From an uncultured Chloroflexia bacterium (GTDB lineage: Bacteria; Chloroflexota; UBA6077; JACCZL01): a stretch of 64,000 bases of DNA. Numbering within the stretch: position 1 is the first letter of the stretch; every line of letters starts with the position of its first letter. A program made the position numbers and the translations under genes. Positions 29,366 through 38,567 of the stretch are shown one piece after another. Under the pieces are notes generated by a model, which saw nothing but the letters and a program-made list of their open reading frames with translations, made no database searches and was not told the origin of the DNA. The DNA lies in NCBI GenBank assembly GCA_963765765.1, contig CAVXYC010000015.1, positions 480,001-544,000 of the forward strand. Reading direction: 5' to 3'.

Positions 29366-30817
29366 GTAAGTGTTCAGACTCCGGGGGCGAATTTGTGACG
29401 GGGTCGTGCGGGGTCGGAGCATCACGGTGGCATCACAGGCCGGTACCGTTTGGGCATGGATCCGTATGAGACCCTCACCCGAGAGCAGCTTCTGGCGCTG
29501 GTGCGCGCACAAACCGCTTCCGTGGCGGAGCTCCAAGCAACCCTGAAGCGCCTCGAAGCTCGCATCGAGGAACTGGAGCGCCGCCGGGAGAAAGGCGGTC
29601 CGCGCGGGATGCCCGGCCTGAAACCGTCGCCCGCACCGGGGCGGCCCGCGCCAGAGCCCAGAAAACCCCGGGCGCAGGGCGTCGCCCGGGGGCGGGCGAC
29701 GCCGACAGAGACGGTCGATCATGCTCTGGATCGGTGTCCCGACTGCGGCACCATGCTCAATGGCGGATGGGTGAAACGCACCCGGGAAGTCCTGGAGATC
29801 ACCCCGAGGCCGGCCCGCGTCATCGAGCACCGCTTTCTCGAGCGCGAATGCCCGCTCTGTCGGACGCGCCGGACCCCTGCGGTGGACCTCGGCGAGCGGG
29901 TGCTCGGTCGTCAACGGCTGGGCATCGGCTTGATCAGTCTGATCGTCACGCTGCGCGAAGTCGGCCGTCTGCCGGTGCGGACCATCCAGGCCTATCTGGA
30001 GACGGTCCATCAGCTGCATCTGAGTGTCGGCGCAATTACCGCCGCCAGTCAGCGCGTGGCCCTGGCCGCCGCGGACGAGGTGACGGCCATCCGTGATCAG
30101 ATCCGCGCCAGTCCGGCGGTCCATGCCGATGAGACCGGCTGGCGCACCGCGGGGCGCAATGGCTACATCTGGACCTTCAGCACGCCGCACGCGCGCTACT
30201 TCCTCCACGGGCGCCGCACCAAGGATATGGTTGATACGGCGCTGGGGACGGCGTTCGACGGCGTGCTGTGCAGTGACTTCTACGCCGCGTACACGCATTA
30301 CCCGGGACTCAAGCAACGCTGTTGGGCGCATCTGCTGCGGGAGATCCATGACCTCCAGCAGATCTTCCCGGACGATGCCTCGCTCGGAACCTGGGCCGCG
30401 GCGGTCCACGCGCTGTTCCTGGAAGCTCGCGACACGCTGTGTCCAACGGCGGAGCGACGCGCCCAGGCCGCCGCGGCGTACCGGCGGCGCCTGCTCAATC
30501 TCGTGCGACCCGTCGTGGCGGATCCGGATGCGCCGGCACGGCAGCTGAGCGCCCGCCTCGAGCGTTTCATTGGGGACCTATTCGTGTTCGTGACGGAGCC
30601 CGGCGTTGCCCCGACCAACAATCTGGCGGAGCGCAGCCTGCGGCCGCTGGTCACGCGGCGGAAGATCAGTGGCGGGAGCCGGTCCGCGGCCGGGACCGAG
30701 GCCACGATGGTGCTGGCGAGTCTCTTCGGCACCTGGCAGCTCCAGGCCCAGAACCCGTACACCGCCTGTCGCGACCTACTCAGCCACGTCTAAACCCCTC
30801 CGAGTCTGAACAGTTAC
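29366..30817 (+). mobile_element. IS66-family insertion sequence (single-ORF, ISBst12-like)
   Basis: Terminal IRs GTAAGTGTTCAGACTC / GTAACTGTTCAGACTC (15/16 identical); 8-bp TSD AATAAGGG at 29358-29365 and 30818-30825. Confidence 0.95.
29456..30793 (+). CDS. IS66 family DDE transposase
   Basis: Coiled coil, zinc finger CPDCG...CPLC, HADETGW, SDFY..Y, QRCWAHLLR, TNNLAERSLR. Confidence 0.95.
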   Translation: MDPYETLTREQLLALVRAQTASVAELQATLKRLEARIEELERRREKGGPRGMPGLKPSPAPGRPAPEPRKPRAQGVARGRATPTETVDHALDRCPDCGTMLNGGWVKRTREVLEITPRPARVIEHRFLERECPLCRTRRTPAVDLGERVLGRQRLGIGLISLIVTLREVGRLPVRTIQAYLETVHQLHLSVGAITAASQRVALAAADEVTAIRDQIRASPAVHADETGWRTAGRNGYIWTFSTPHARYFLHGRRTKDMVDTALGTAFDGVLCSDFYAAYTHYPGLKQRCWAHLLREIHDLQQIFPDDASLGTWAAAVHALFLEARDTLCPTAERRAQAAAAYRRRLLNLVRPVVADPDAPARQLSARLERFIGDLFVFVTEPGVAPTNNLAERSLRPLVTRRKISGGSRSAAGTEATMVLASLFGTWQLQAQNPYTACRDLLSHV

Positions 30818-30832
30818 AATAAGGGGCCTAGC

Positions 30833-32653
30833 TCAGGGAGCTAGATTGCCAATTTCGTGCCACTCGGTCGGGGATCGACCTCTCTCGGCTGTGCCGACCT
30901 GAATCCGCGTTCCGTCAAGGTCGGAATCCATCAGAGACCGATCGATCCATTCTTGCCCTCGCTGCCATTCATTTGTTGCATACATCTCATCGAGCGGCAT
31001 GGTGGTGACGCGATGCACCTCCTGACCCTCCCCGCTGAGAAAGCGGATCGCTCGGACCTGCGGCCGCGTGGGGCGTCGCAGCGACTCCCATTGGAGGAGA
31101 AGCTCCAGTCCCCCACTAGCTCGACGCACGTCCCAGGCTTGAAGTTGGCCCCAGTCCATTGGAATGGCTGCAGCGCGGGGCAGGACCGTTTCGATGGGCG
31201 TGATCAAGGCCACGTCGGTGCCGGTGGTCCAGATTGTCCCAGGATTCTCCGCCCGGAGCGGGCTGGATCGCCCTTCCAGGTGCGCTCTAGTCTGGTCGTT
31301 GGTGAGATCCAGCAGCCAGTAGCGAGGTAGCGGGTTCACCGGCCATAGAGAGCCGGAGTAGCTCGGCGGGTATACATACAGCTCGGATCGACTTGCCAGG
31401 TACGGCAGCGCCCGCCGGCTGGCCGCCGCGGACACGTCTGGCGGCACTTCTTGCAAAGCGCGCTGAAGCTGTTCTGCGCGTGGAGTCCACACTGTGTCGA
31501 AGGCTTCGTAGTCGCCGCCCCCGGGCAGTGAGCTATCGATGATGAACGATGCAAGCGTGCCCGCCACGATAAAGCCTGCGACCACCCGCCTCGGCCGCTT
31601 GCCCTTGAAGCGTGCGAGGCCGCTGATGGTGGCAAGCCAGATGATGGGCAACGCGGGCCCCACCCAATGGCGACGATAGCGACCTTCGTTGTCAGCGATG
31701 AGCAGGGCGCCGAGCTCCGGGGCTGCCATTGCAAGTACTTGCGGCGCGGCCAGTGCGATGCCTCCGGTGGGTAGAAGGAGCCACTCGGCGGCGAGGGGCA
31801 GGCGCCGCCGGGCGAGCTCTCCTGCAAGCTGCCCGGGATTCGTCCGCAACATGTTGAAATGTCCCACCGTCCGATTCTCGGAACCTGACAAGGTGGACGG
31901 ATCGTGAAACCGTGGCATGACCACGGTGGCCGCCAGCACGACCCAGCCCAGGGCCACCGAGGCGAGCAGCAGGCCCCATCGGCGTGACTGTGAGCTGAAG
32001 AGCATCATCAGGCCGATACCCAGGGCCACGAGCCCGGCTTCCTCTTCGATCGGCAGTGCGATCAGTCCGAGGACGCAGGCGGCAGCGGGACGCGATCGGA
32101 GCGCGAAATACGCCGCGAAACCGAGCGGAAGCGCCGTGAAGACAACCGGATAGAACGCGTCCAGAGCGACTTCCGTGAGCGTTGGCATTGCGAAGTAGCA
32201 GGTTGTGAGCAACGCGGCCCAACCCGAGCCGAGTCGATGCCGTGCCCACAGAAACACTGGGATTCCCGTCAATGTCAGGACCGCCTGCTGAACGACGAGT
32301 AGCAGACGCGGATCTGGAATGGCTCGGTAAAGTGGAGCTACAAGTGCGATGAGTCCGGCCAGGTGCTCTGCAACGTGAAGCCGATTGTGCTCTAGGAGCG
32401 TAGTGGCAAATGGGTGCGCGTTGGCCGTGTTCCAGATGACCTGAAGGTAGACCGCCAGGTCGCGGGACGTTGAGTTGTATGTGTCGTACTCGGCAACGGC
32501 GATCCAGGAGATCAACAGCCAGTAGCCGAGCCCCACGACGGCCGTGAGGATCATCCACACGCGGGCGCTGACTTGAAGACGAGCGCGAGGCGCTTCATGA
32601 AGTGGGGAAGTTGAGAGAGTCAAAGGCGGTGGAGGCTCGCGCAATTCTGACAT
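30833..32653 (-). CDS. DUF2079-like membrane protein (GT-C-like)
   Basis: DLAVYLQVIWNTANAHPF...EH, PDPRLLLVVQ; many TM segments followed by an extracellular tail. Confidence 0.8.
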   Translation of the reverse strand: MSELREPPPPLTLSTSPLHEAPRARLQVSARVWMILTAVVGLGYWLLISWIAVAEYDTYNSTSRDLAVYLQVIWNTANAHPFATTLLEHNRLHVAEHLAGLIALVAPLYRAIPDPRLLLVVQQAVLTLTGIPVFLWARHRLGSGWAALLTTCYFAMPTLTEVALDAFYPVVFTALPLGFAAYFALRSRPAAACVLGLIALPIEEEAGLVALGIGLMMLFSSQSRRWGLLLASVALGWVVLAATVVMPRFHDPSTLSGSENRTVGHFNMLRTNPGQLAGELARRRLPLAAEWLLLPTGGIALAAPQVLAMAAPELGALLIADNEGRYRRHWVGPALPIIWLATISGLARFKGKRPRRVVAGFIVAGTLASFIIDSSLPGGGDYEAFDTVWTPRAEQLQRALQEVPPDVSAAASRRALPYLASRSELYVYPPSYSGSLWPVNPLPRYWLLDLTNDQTRAHLEGRSSPLRAENPGTIWTTGTDVALITPIETVLPRAAAIPMDWGQLQAWDVRRASGGLELLLQWESLRRPTRPQVRAIRFLSGEGQEVHRVTTMPLDEMYATNEWQRGQEWIDRSLMDSDLDGTRIQVGTAERGRSPTEWHEIGNLAP

Positions 32654-32717
32654 ACGCGAGGCGAAGCTCAGCCAATTATGGCCTGATAGTCGTCACGCTG
32701 GCAGCCTCGGTCGCACA

Positions 32718-32816
32718 GCGCTTTGGAGTGCGTGCGTGAAGCGCCGCTTTCCGGGACTCACATTCTGAGACCGGGATATCGACAAAGCGGCGCTTCGCGC
32801 ACGCACTCCAAAGCGC
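32718..32816. repeat. REP-like inverted repeat pair (33-bp arms)
   Basis: gcgctttggagtgcgtgcgtgaagcgccgcttt (32718-32750) and its reverse complement at 32784-32816, one mismatch. Confidence 0.8.
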
Positions 32817-32831
32817 CCCGCCGGGATTACT

Positions 32832-32869
32832 AGAAAACAGGCGGTCCGGATCCGGACCGCCTGTTTTCT
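32832..32869. terminator. Perfect 38-bp palindrome, likely (bidirectional) intrinsic terminator
   Basis: agaaaacaggcggtccgga|tccggaccgcctgttttct, just downstream of the 32892-34172 gene. Confidence 0.8.
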
Positions 32870-32891
32870 TTGGCTGTGCGTTTCGCCTTGA

Positions 32892-34172
32892 CTAGAAACC
32901 CGGGAGCTCGTAGTCCGAATCGTAGTCCGCAGGCAGGGCGATCTGGTGCGAGAGCTTGATCTCCTCACGTCGCTTCGCGGACTCCATGACGGCGAGACAG
33001 ACTTCTAGCGTGGCCAGGCCCCAGCGGCCGTCGTGCCACAGTGGCTTGCCCAGGACGACCGAGTCGTACAGCTCCTCCAGCTCGGCACGTCGACCGGCAA
33101 CACCCATGGCACGCTCAGGCGTGGTGTTGATGTCGTGCTGGCCTTCGTCATCGTACACGTAGATTCCATGTGGAGAATGGCGGATATCACCGCGCTCGCA
33201 TGTGGCTAGCAGAAAGCCCATGTCCTCGGGAATCCACGGCTCGGGCTCGCGGGCGCGGAAGACCTCACGCTCCATTTCGCCGCCAATGCGCAGGTCTTGC
33301 TTATCTGAGGCCTCGTCGCGGGTGCCGGCGCGCATCTGCTTGCGGATCTCGACTCGCTGCTCGGCTGTATAGCGCTGCTTTGAGCCGCCCCACGGAACGA
33401 GCTCACCGCCCATGAAGTAGCCGTAGCCGTTATGCGTGATCATGGCGGGGAGACCGTTCTCGAACTCCATATACGCCGTATAGAAGCCCGGGATCGGGCG
33501 CATGTCCTTGAACCAGTCGCCGGTCATGCCGCGTACGCTTCGTAGCATGCCGCCGCCAAGGACTCGCACCGTATCGATCTGATGGGGGCCCTGGCGATAC
33601 GGGATACCACCGCCCTGAGTGATATCAAGCTCGTCTGCCGTTCGAGGCCGGAGCATCCAGTCTGAGTAGGCCAGGAGCTGGATGTACTTCAGATCGCCCA
33701 GCTTGCCCGACTGCACAACACGGCGCATCGCGCGGACCGGAAGAGTGAAGCTTCGCGTATGGCCGGCGAGTAGCTTGACGCCGTTCTTCTCCGCCGCTTC
33801 GCACATGGCTTCGGCTTCCTCGATGGAGACGGCCATGGGCTTTTCAACCACAATGTGCTTACCGTGGTTTGCGGCTAGAATGGTGTGCTCGGCGTGGAAT
33901 CGGTTAGGGGACGAGATCCAGACGGCTTCGAGGTCGGGGTCCTTGCACATCGCCTCGGCGCTGTCATAGACGCGCGCGTCGGGGTAGCGCTCCTTGAAGC
34001 GCTCGCGGGTGGTGGGGACGACATCCGCACCCGCAAAGAGATCAATCTCCTCCATTGCTTCCATAGCAGGAAGCATTTCAGCACCACCCACGCCGATGCC
34101 GATCATTCCAATCTTCAGTGTGCGCTTGGCGGTTGCTGAGCTACTGCTGCCACTGCTGTCCGTCGTTGTCAC
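32892..34172 (-). CDS. Gfo/Idh/MocA oxidoreductase, phthalate cis-dihydrodiol dehydrogenase-like
   Basis: GMIGIG, HIVVEKPMA, DWMLRPRTADELD..GGG..RQGPHQID, HDGRWGLATLEVC. Confidence 0.88.
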   Translation of the reverse strand: MTTTDSSGSSSSATAKRTLKIGMIGIGVGGAEMLPAMEAMEEIDLFAGADVVPTTRERFKERYPDARVYDSAEAMCKDPDLEAVWISSPNRFHAEHTILAANHGKHIVVEKPMAVSIEEAEAMCEAAEKNGVKLLAGHTRSFTLPVRAMRRVVQSGKLGDLKYIQLLAYSDWMLRPRTADELDITQGGGIPYRQGPHQIDTVRVLGGGMLRSVRGMTGDWFKDMRPIPGFYTAYMEFENGLPAMITHNGYGYFMGGELVPWGGSKQRYTAEQRVEIRKQMRAGTRDEASDKQDLRIGGEMEREVFRAREPEPWIPEDMGFLLATCERGDIRHSPHGIYVYDDEGQHDINTTPERAMGVAGRRAELEELYDSVVLGKPLWHDGRWGLATLEVCLAVMESAKRREEIKLSHQIALPADYDSDYELPGF

Positions 34173-34279
34173 AGCTTGCGCCTCCTTTGGTTCTAGCGGA
34201 GGTAACTGTGCCCCGTTCGGTCGGGCAGAGTCAAGCGACGCATAGATAAACAGCCTGTCTGATCGGGGTTATCGCGGGA

Positions 34280-35590
34280 TCACGTACGAGACGGGGCCCC
34301 GGAATTGGTGTCGCGGGCTTCGGACGTCGCTCCAAACCAGTGCTTGTCCTCTGGCAGGATGATGGAAGCGGATCGCACGCGGTAGAGCGTCGGGTTGTCC
34401 ACGCTCTCCGGCACAATGCCGTGCTCGTGCAAGTCTCTGCACGCCTTGAGCAGCATTCGACGAACGAAAATCACCATGAGATCCGATGTCCCAAGATGCT
34501 CCTTGGTGCGATCGTAGATTCGCCCCATGCTCTCGGTCATGGCTACGTCCTGCAAGTTTCCGGCGAAGGGAATTCCGCTGAACATCTTGGATTTCTCTAG
34601 CTCGTAGTCGCGAAGGTAATCGTTTCGCGCGTTCGCAGCGAGGCGATATCGGCTGAGCGCATCGCCGGTCTGGGGCAGATAGCCAACGGACTTGAAGGAG
34701 ACGCCGAACTCATTCTGCGGATTCTCTGGCTGTGGTCCGGTAAGGCTGAAGGGTAGGCCGGTCAGAATGGTGTTGTGATCGTCCAGCGGCACCCACGCTC
34801 GCGCGGAATGGATATTGGGGCTGCTTGCCGCGATCATCGTGTAGAAGGGCATCATGAACTGGCTGATGCGGTACCAGTAATTGCCTTGTTCGTCCCATTT
34901 CCGCTTGGCCGCGTAGACGGCGCCATACGGCGTTCCCACTACTTCCAGCTTGGGAGCTCGGTCCAGGCTTTTGAAGCCACGCAAGCCGCCACTACGGAAA
35001 TCGCGATCAACGTCATCCGTAATCCGAGCATGAAGGTAATCGATATGTGACGAGTCGATGTCGCCTTCAACGCCCTGAACCCAGTTGTTCTCCTCGTGCA
35101 TCATGCTCGGCGGGAACACTTCGTTCGCCGGCATGGTGTTGAACTCGAGCTCCGGCAATGGCGGAGGCACAGTTCGAGGGCCCATGTACGCCCAAATCAT
35201 GCCGTTCACATCGCGGCATGGATAGGCACCGACCTTGACCTTGTGCTTGAAGTTCGACTCCGGCGGCTCATTGGGCATGTCTACGCACGTACCTGATGCG
35301 TCGAACTTCCAGCCGTGGTAGACGCACCGCAATCCGTTTTCCTCGTTGCGTCCGAAGAAGAGCGAAGCGCCACGATGGGGGCAATTCTCCGTCACCATGC
35401 CAACCTGGCCGGATGTGTCACGAAATGCAACGAGGTCCTCACCGAGCAGCCGCACGCGTTTGGGAGGGCAATCCGGCGAGGGCAACTCGAGCGACGGCAA
35501 TCCGGGTATCCAATACTGCCGGAGCAGGTTGCCCATCGGCGTGCCGGGGCCTATGTGGGTGAGCAGCTCATTCTCGGCTGGCGAAAGCAT
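34280..35590 (-). CDS. Rieske non-heme iron oxygenase (phthalate 4,5-dioxygenase/LigXa-like)
   Basis: GPGTPMGNLLRQYW, CPHRGASL, CVYHGWKFD, EGDIDSSH..YLH, QD.AMTESMG.I.DRTKEHL. Confidence 0.93.
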   Translation of the reverse strand: MLSPAENELLTHIGPGTPMGNLLRQYWIPGLPSLELPSPDCPPKRVRLLGEDLVAFRDTSGQVGMVTENCPHRGASLFFGRNEENGLRCVYHGWKFDASGTCVDMPNEPPESNFKHKVKVGAYPCRDVNGMIWAYMGPRTVPPPLPELEFNTMPANEVFPPSMMHEENNWVQGVEGDIDSSHIDYLHARITDDVDRDFRSGGLRGFKSLDRAPKLEVVGTPYGAVYAAKRKWDEQGNYWYRISQFMMPFYTMIAASSPNIHSARAWVPLDDHNTILTGLPFSLTGPQPENPQNEFGVSFKSVGYLPQTGDALSRYRLAANARNDYLRDYELEKSKMFSGIPFAGNLQDVAMTESMGRIYDRTKEHLGTSDLMVIFVRRMLLKACRDLHEHGIVPESVDNPTLYRVRSASIILPEDKHWFGATSEARDTNSGAPSRT

Positions 35591-35742
35591 CGCGAACTCC
35601 TCAAGCGAGGTATACGTCGAGTCTCCCAGGCGCTGGACACGCTGTCAAGGGATGTTTTCCACGCCGAAGGCCGCGCTCCTGCTTCGGGGCGCACGGCTAC
35701 AATGATCCGCACTACATCGACTGAAGAAGCGGAGCCATCATC

Positions 35743-36606
35743 ATGCAGCTTGGCGTCGTGTTTCCCCAAACCGAGATTGGCGAGGATCCTGCAGGCGTGG
35801 CCGCCTATGCCAAAGCCGCGCAAGACCTCGGTTATCAGCACTTGTTGGCCTACGACCACGTGGTGGGGGCGGACACCTCCGTACGCCCCGACTGGTCAGG
35901 ACCGTACAACGCTGAATCTCTCTTTCATGAGCCTTTCGTGCTTTTTGGCTACCTGGCCGGCCTCGTGCCCGGTATGGAGCTGGTCACTGGAGTCATCATT
36001 CTCCCGCAGCGACAAACTGTGCTCGCGGCGAAGCAGGCTGCGGAGGTCGACGTGCTGACTGGAGGACGCCTTCGGCTTGGAATCGGCATTGGCTGGAATG
36101 ACGTTGAATACGAAGCTCTGGGAATGGATTTCAAGAAGCGAGGCCGCAAGTTCGATGAGCAGATCGGCCTGCTGCGTCGTCTCTGGACCGAACCAGTCGT
36201 GACGGCGGAGGGACAGTTCGACCGAATCAGCGCGGCCGGCATCAACCCTCTGCCGGTTCAGCGTCCAATCCCGCTCTGGATCGGAGCGTCTGCCGAAGCA
36301 GCTCTCAAGCGCGCTGCTACCCTGGGTGACGGTTTCTTTCCTCAACGACCGCTGGAAGGTGGCTGGGGACCGACGCTGGAGCATATGCGCGTCTGGCGAG
36401 AGGAATCGGGCAAAAGCTGGGAAGGGTTTGGCATCGAGGCGCGCGTTGATGGGCGGAGCGGCACGCCCGACGATTGGCACAAGGCAGCTCAGGAATGGAA
36501 GGCGCTTGGCGCCACGCACATCTCGGTGACGACCACGAGAGCCGGGCTCTATGGGCCTAATGCGCACATCGGCCGAATCCGAGAGATGTGGGAAGCACTC
36601 AGTTGA
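35743..36606 (+). CDS. LLM class F420-dependent oxidoreductase
   Basis: GVVFPQTEIG, YDHVVG, LPQRQTVL.AKQAAEVD, GIGWN.VEYEALG. Confidence 0.9.
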   Translation: MQLGVVFPQTEIGEDPAGVAAYAKAAQDLGYQHLLAYDHVVGADTSVRPDWSGPYNAESLFHEPFVLFGYLAGLVPGMELVTGVIILPQRQTVLAAKQAAEVDVLTGGRLRLGIGIGWNDVEYEALGMDFKKRGRKFDEQIGLLRRLWTEPVVTAEGQFDRISAAGINPLPVQRPIPLWIGASAEAALKRAATLGDGFFPQRPLEGGWGPTLEHMRVWREESGKSWEGFGIEARVDGRSGTPDDWHKAAQEWKALGATHISVTTTRAGLYGPNAHIGRIREMWEALS

Positions 36607-36633
36607 TGGCAAGGTGGGAGGCCCGTCCCACCA

Positions 36634-37155
36634 CTAATGCGACACTATTCCGCTGGCCGTGAAGGCAACGATGAGAAATTTGGCAGTCTTGCCGACGAAA
36701 CAGGCAAGACAAAATCTCCATGGTGCGTAGCCGAGAGCCCCGGCAATCGCTCCCACGGCATCGAATGCAGGGTTGGGGATGAATGCCGCCACGGTTACGG
36801 TTGCGAATCCGTGGCGGCTCATCCACGCTTGTGTCGCCTTGACCCAACGATTGTCAGGTACGAGCTGACGACCGCTTCGGCCTAGCACGTAACCGGCCAG
36901 CTCACCGATGGCAGCTGCGATTCCCGCGACGATGGCCACAGTCACCGGGTCCAGGATCGTTGCCGCCCGAGCGATGACCGCGAGATACGGGACCGGCAGC
37001 ACGAGCGCGCCGGTGGTCACGAGCGTGACGACGAAGACACCCAGATAACCTTCGTTGCCCATCAATTCCACATCAATGGGGATTAGAAGGCAGGCAATGC
37101 TGAGTCCGACAACCACGATGACTGCGACAAGGCTAGTGAGCTTTTGACGAGTCAT
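36634..37155 (-). CDS. VTT/DedA (SNARE-associated) family membrane protein
   Basis: LPVPYL, GELAGY.LGR, FIPNPAFDAVG..AG. Confidence 0.85.
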   Translation of the reverse strand: MTRQKLTSLVAVIVVVGLSIACLLIPIDVELMGNEGYLGVFVVTLVTTGALVLPVPYLAVIARAATILDPVTVAIVAGIAAAIGELAGYVLGRSGRQLVPDNRWVKATQAWMSRHGFATVTVAAFIPNPAFDAVGAIAGALGYAPWRFCLACFVGKTAKFLIVAFTASGIVSH

Positions 37156-37311
37156 TGAGTCGATCATGCCAGGCAACGCAGTCTGGCGGCGGATTATAGG
37201 GAGAGCGTTTTGCCCGGGCAATGGATTCATCTTCGGCGGTCGGGAATTACTCGCCTAATGGGCTTCAACGCGCGCAACCGCGGAATTGGCACGATGAACT
37301 GCGCCTCCGAT

Positions 37312-38550
37312 TCACGCGAGAAAGCTCATCGGCGCAAACTCTCCACCCAGCACATCTGCCGATGGACTGCCGAGCCAGCGCTCAAGAACGGTTGCGTAGA
37401 CGCAGCGGAAGTCTGTGTGGAATCGGAGATCGCCTGTCTCGTCCAAATCGGTCAGATTTGGATGGTCTCCATAGACGCCACCCCGCACACCGCCTCCGAT
37501 CACAAACAGCGGCGCGGCAGTGCCATGATCCGTTCCCGCGCTGCCGTTCTGCTGAGCGCGACGCCCGAACTCTGAAAACGTCATGATGACCGCATCGTCG
37601 GCGCGACCCATCCGCTCCAGATCACGGTGGAAGGCGGATATGCCTTGCCCCAGGGAATTCATAAGGCCGGCGTGAGTGTTCGCTTGCGCCGCGTGGGTGT
37701 CGAAACCCCCGAGAGATGTGAAAAATACACGCGTGCCCATGTCCGCGGACATGATCTGGGCGACGTTCTTCAAGCTATTCGCGAACGGGGACTGCGGATA
37801 TTCAACCGCAGCCTCGTGGGTCGATGCAATGGACTTAAGCATATCGGCGCCAGCCAGCGCCTTGAGCGTGGTCTGTCGGATCAGATCCTCATACGGTCGC
37901 CATGCGCCGGCCATCGAATAGATGTTGGTCAGGGTCTGTATTTGAGCTGAGCGATCGCGATTGAATCGTGGGTCCGTCTGATATTGAAACGTCGCCAGAC
38001 TCCCGATAGCTGGAACCAGCGACATATCGGTCCAGAACGAGCGATTCAGTACGTCACCACTGTTGATAGCGGTCAGTGGGTTCTCCCGGCCGCAGCCGCA
38101 GTAATCCAGATAGCGACCAAGCCAGCCGCTACGTTCGAACCGCTCCGGCGTGGCGGTCTGCCAGATCTCCATCGATCGGAAATGCGAGCGATTGGGATTC
38201 GGATATCCAACTCCCTGGATCACCGCCATGTTGCCGTTGTCGAACAGTTGCTTGAGGGAACTTAGCCCCGGATGAAGACCGACTGTGTCATTCAGCTTCA
38301 GCACGTCGCCCGAGGCAACACCAACCTGTGGCCGAAGCTGACTGTAGAGCGGATCGCTGAAGGGTATGACCGTATTCAGTCCATCGTTTCCGCCTGAAAG
38401 CTGGACCATGATGAGCGTGCGCTTTTCGAGTGACGGCTTCGCCGTTGCCTGGACATGGGGCACTGTCCTGGTCAGGAAGCTGGGAGCCGCGAGGCCCATG
38501 GCTACGAGCAGTGTTCCGTTGCGGAGGAATTCACGTCGTGACGTATTCAT
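37312..38550 (-). CDS. DUF1501 protein, Tat signal
   Basis: SRREFL signal; QLSGGNDGLNTVIP, PNRSHFRS, GGFDTH, SEFGRR, GTDHG. Confidence 0.93.
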   Translation of the reverse strand: MNTSRREFLRNGTLLVAMGLAAPSFLTRTVPHVQATAKPSLEKRTLIMVQLSGGNDGLNTVIPFSDPLYSQLRPQVGVASGDVLKLNDTVGLHPGLSSLKQLFDNGNMAVIQGVGYPNPNRSHFRSMEIWQTATPERFERSGWLGRYLDYCGCGRENPLTAINSGDVLNRSFWTDMSLVPAIGSLATFQYQTDPRFNRDRSAQIQTLTNIYSMAGAWRPYEDLIRQTTLKALAGADMLKSIASTHEAAVEYPQSPFANSLKNVAQIMSADMGTRVFFTSLGGFDTHAAQANTHAGLMNSLGQGISAFHRDLERMGRADDAVIMTFSEFGRRAQQNGSAGTDHGTAAPLFVIGGGVRGGVYGDHPNLTDLDETGDLRFHTDFRCVYATVLERWLGSPSADVLGGEFAPMSFLA

Positions 38551-38567
38551 AGAATTGTCTCCTCCGC

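Noticed and set aside
27998-30409. 803-aa ORF suggesting an N-terminally extended M16 peptidase
   Set aside because: The extension is the antisense frame of the IS66 transposase; the peptidase starts at 29257.
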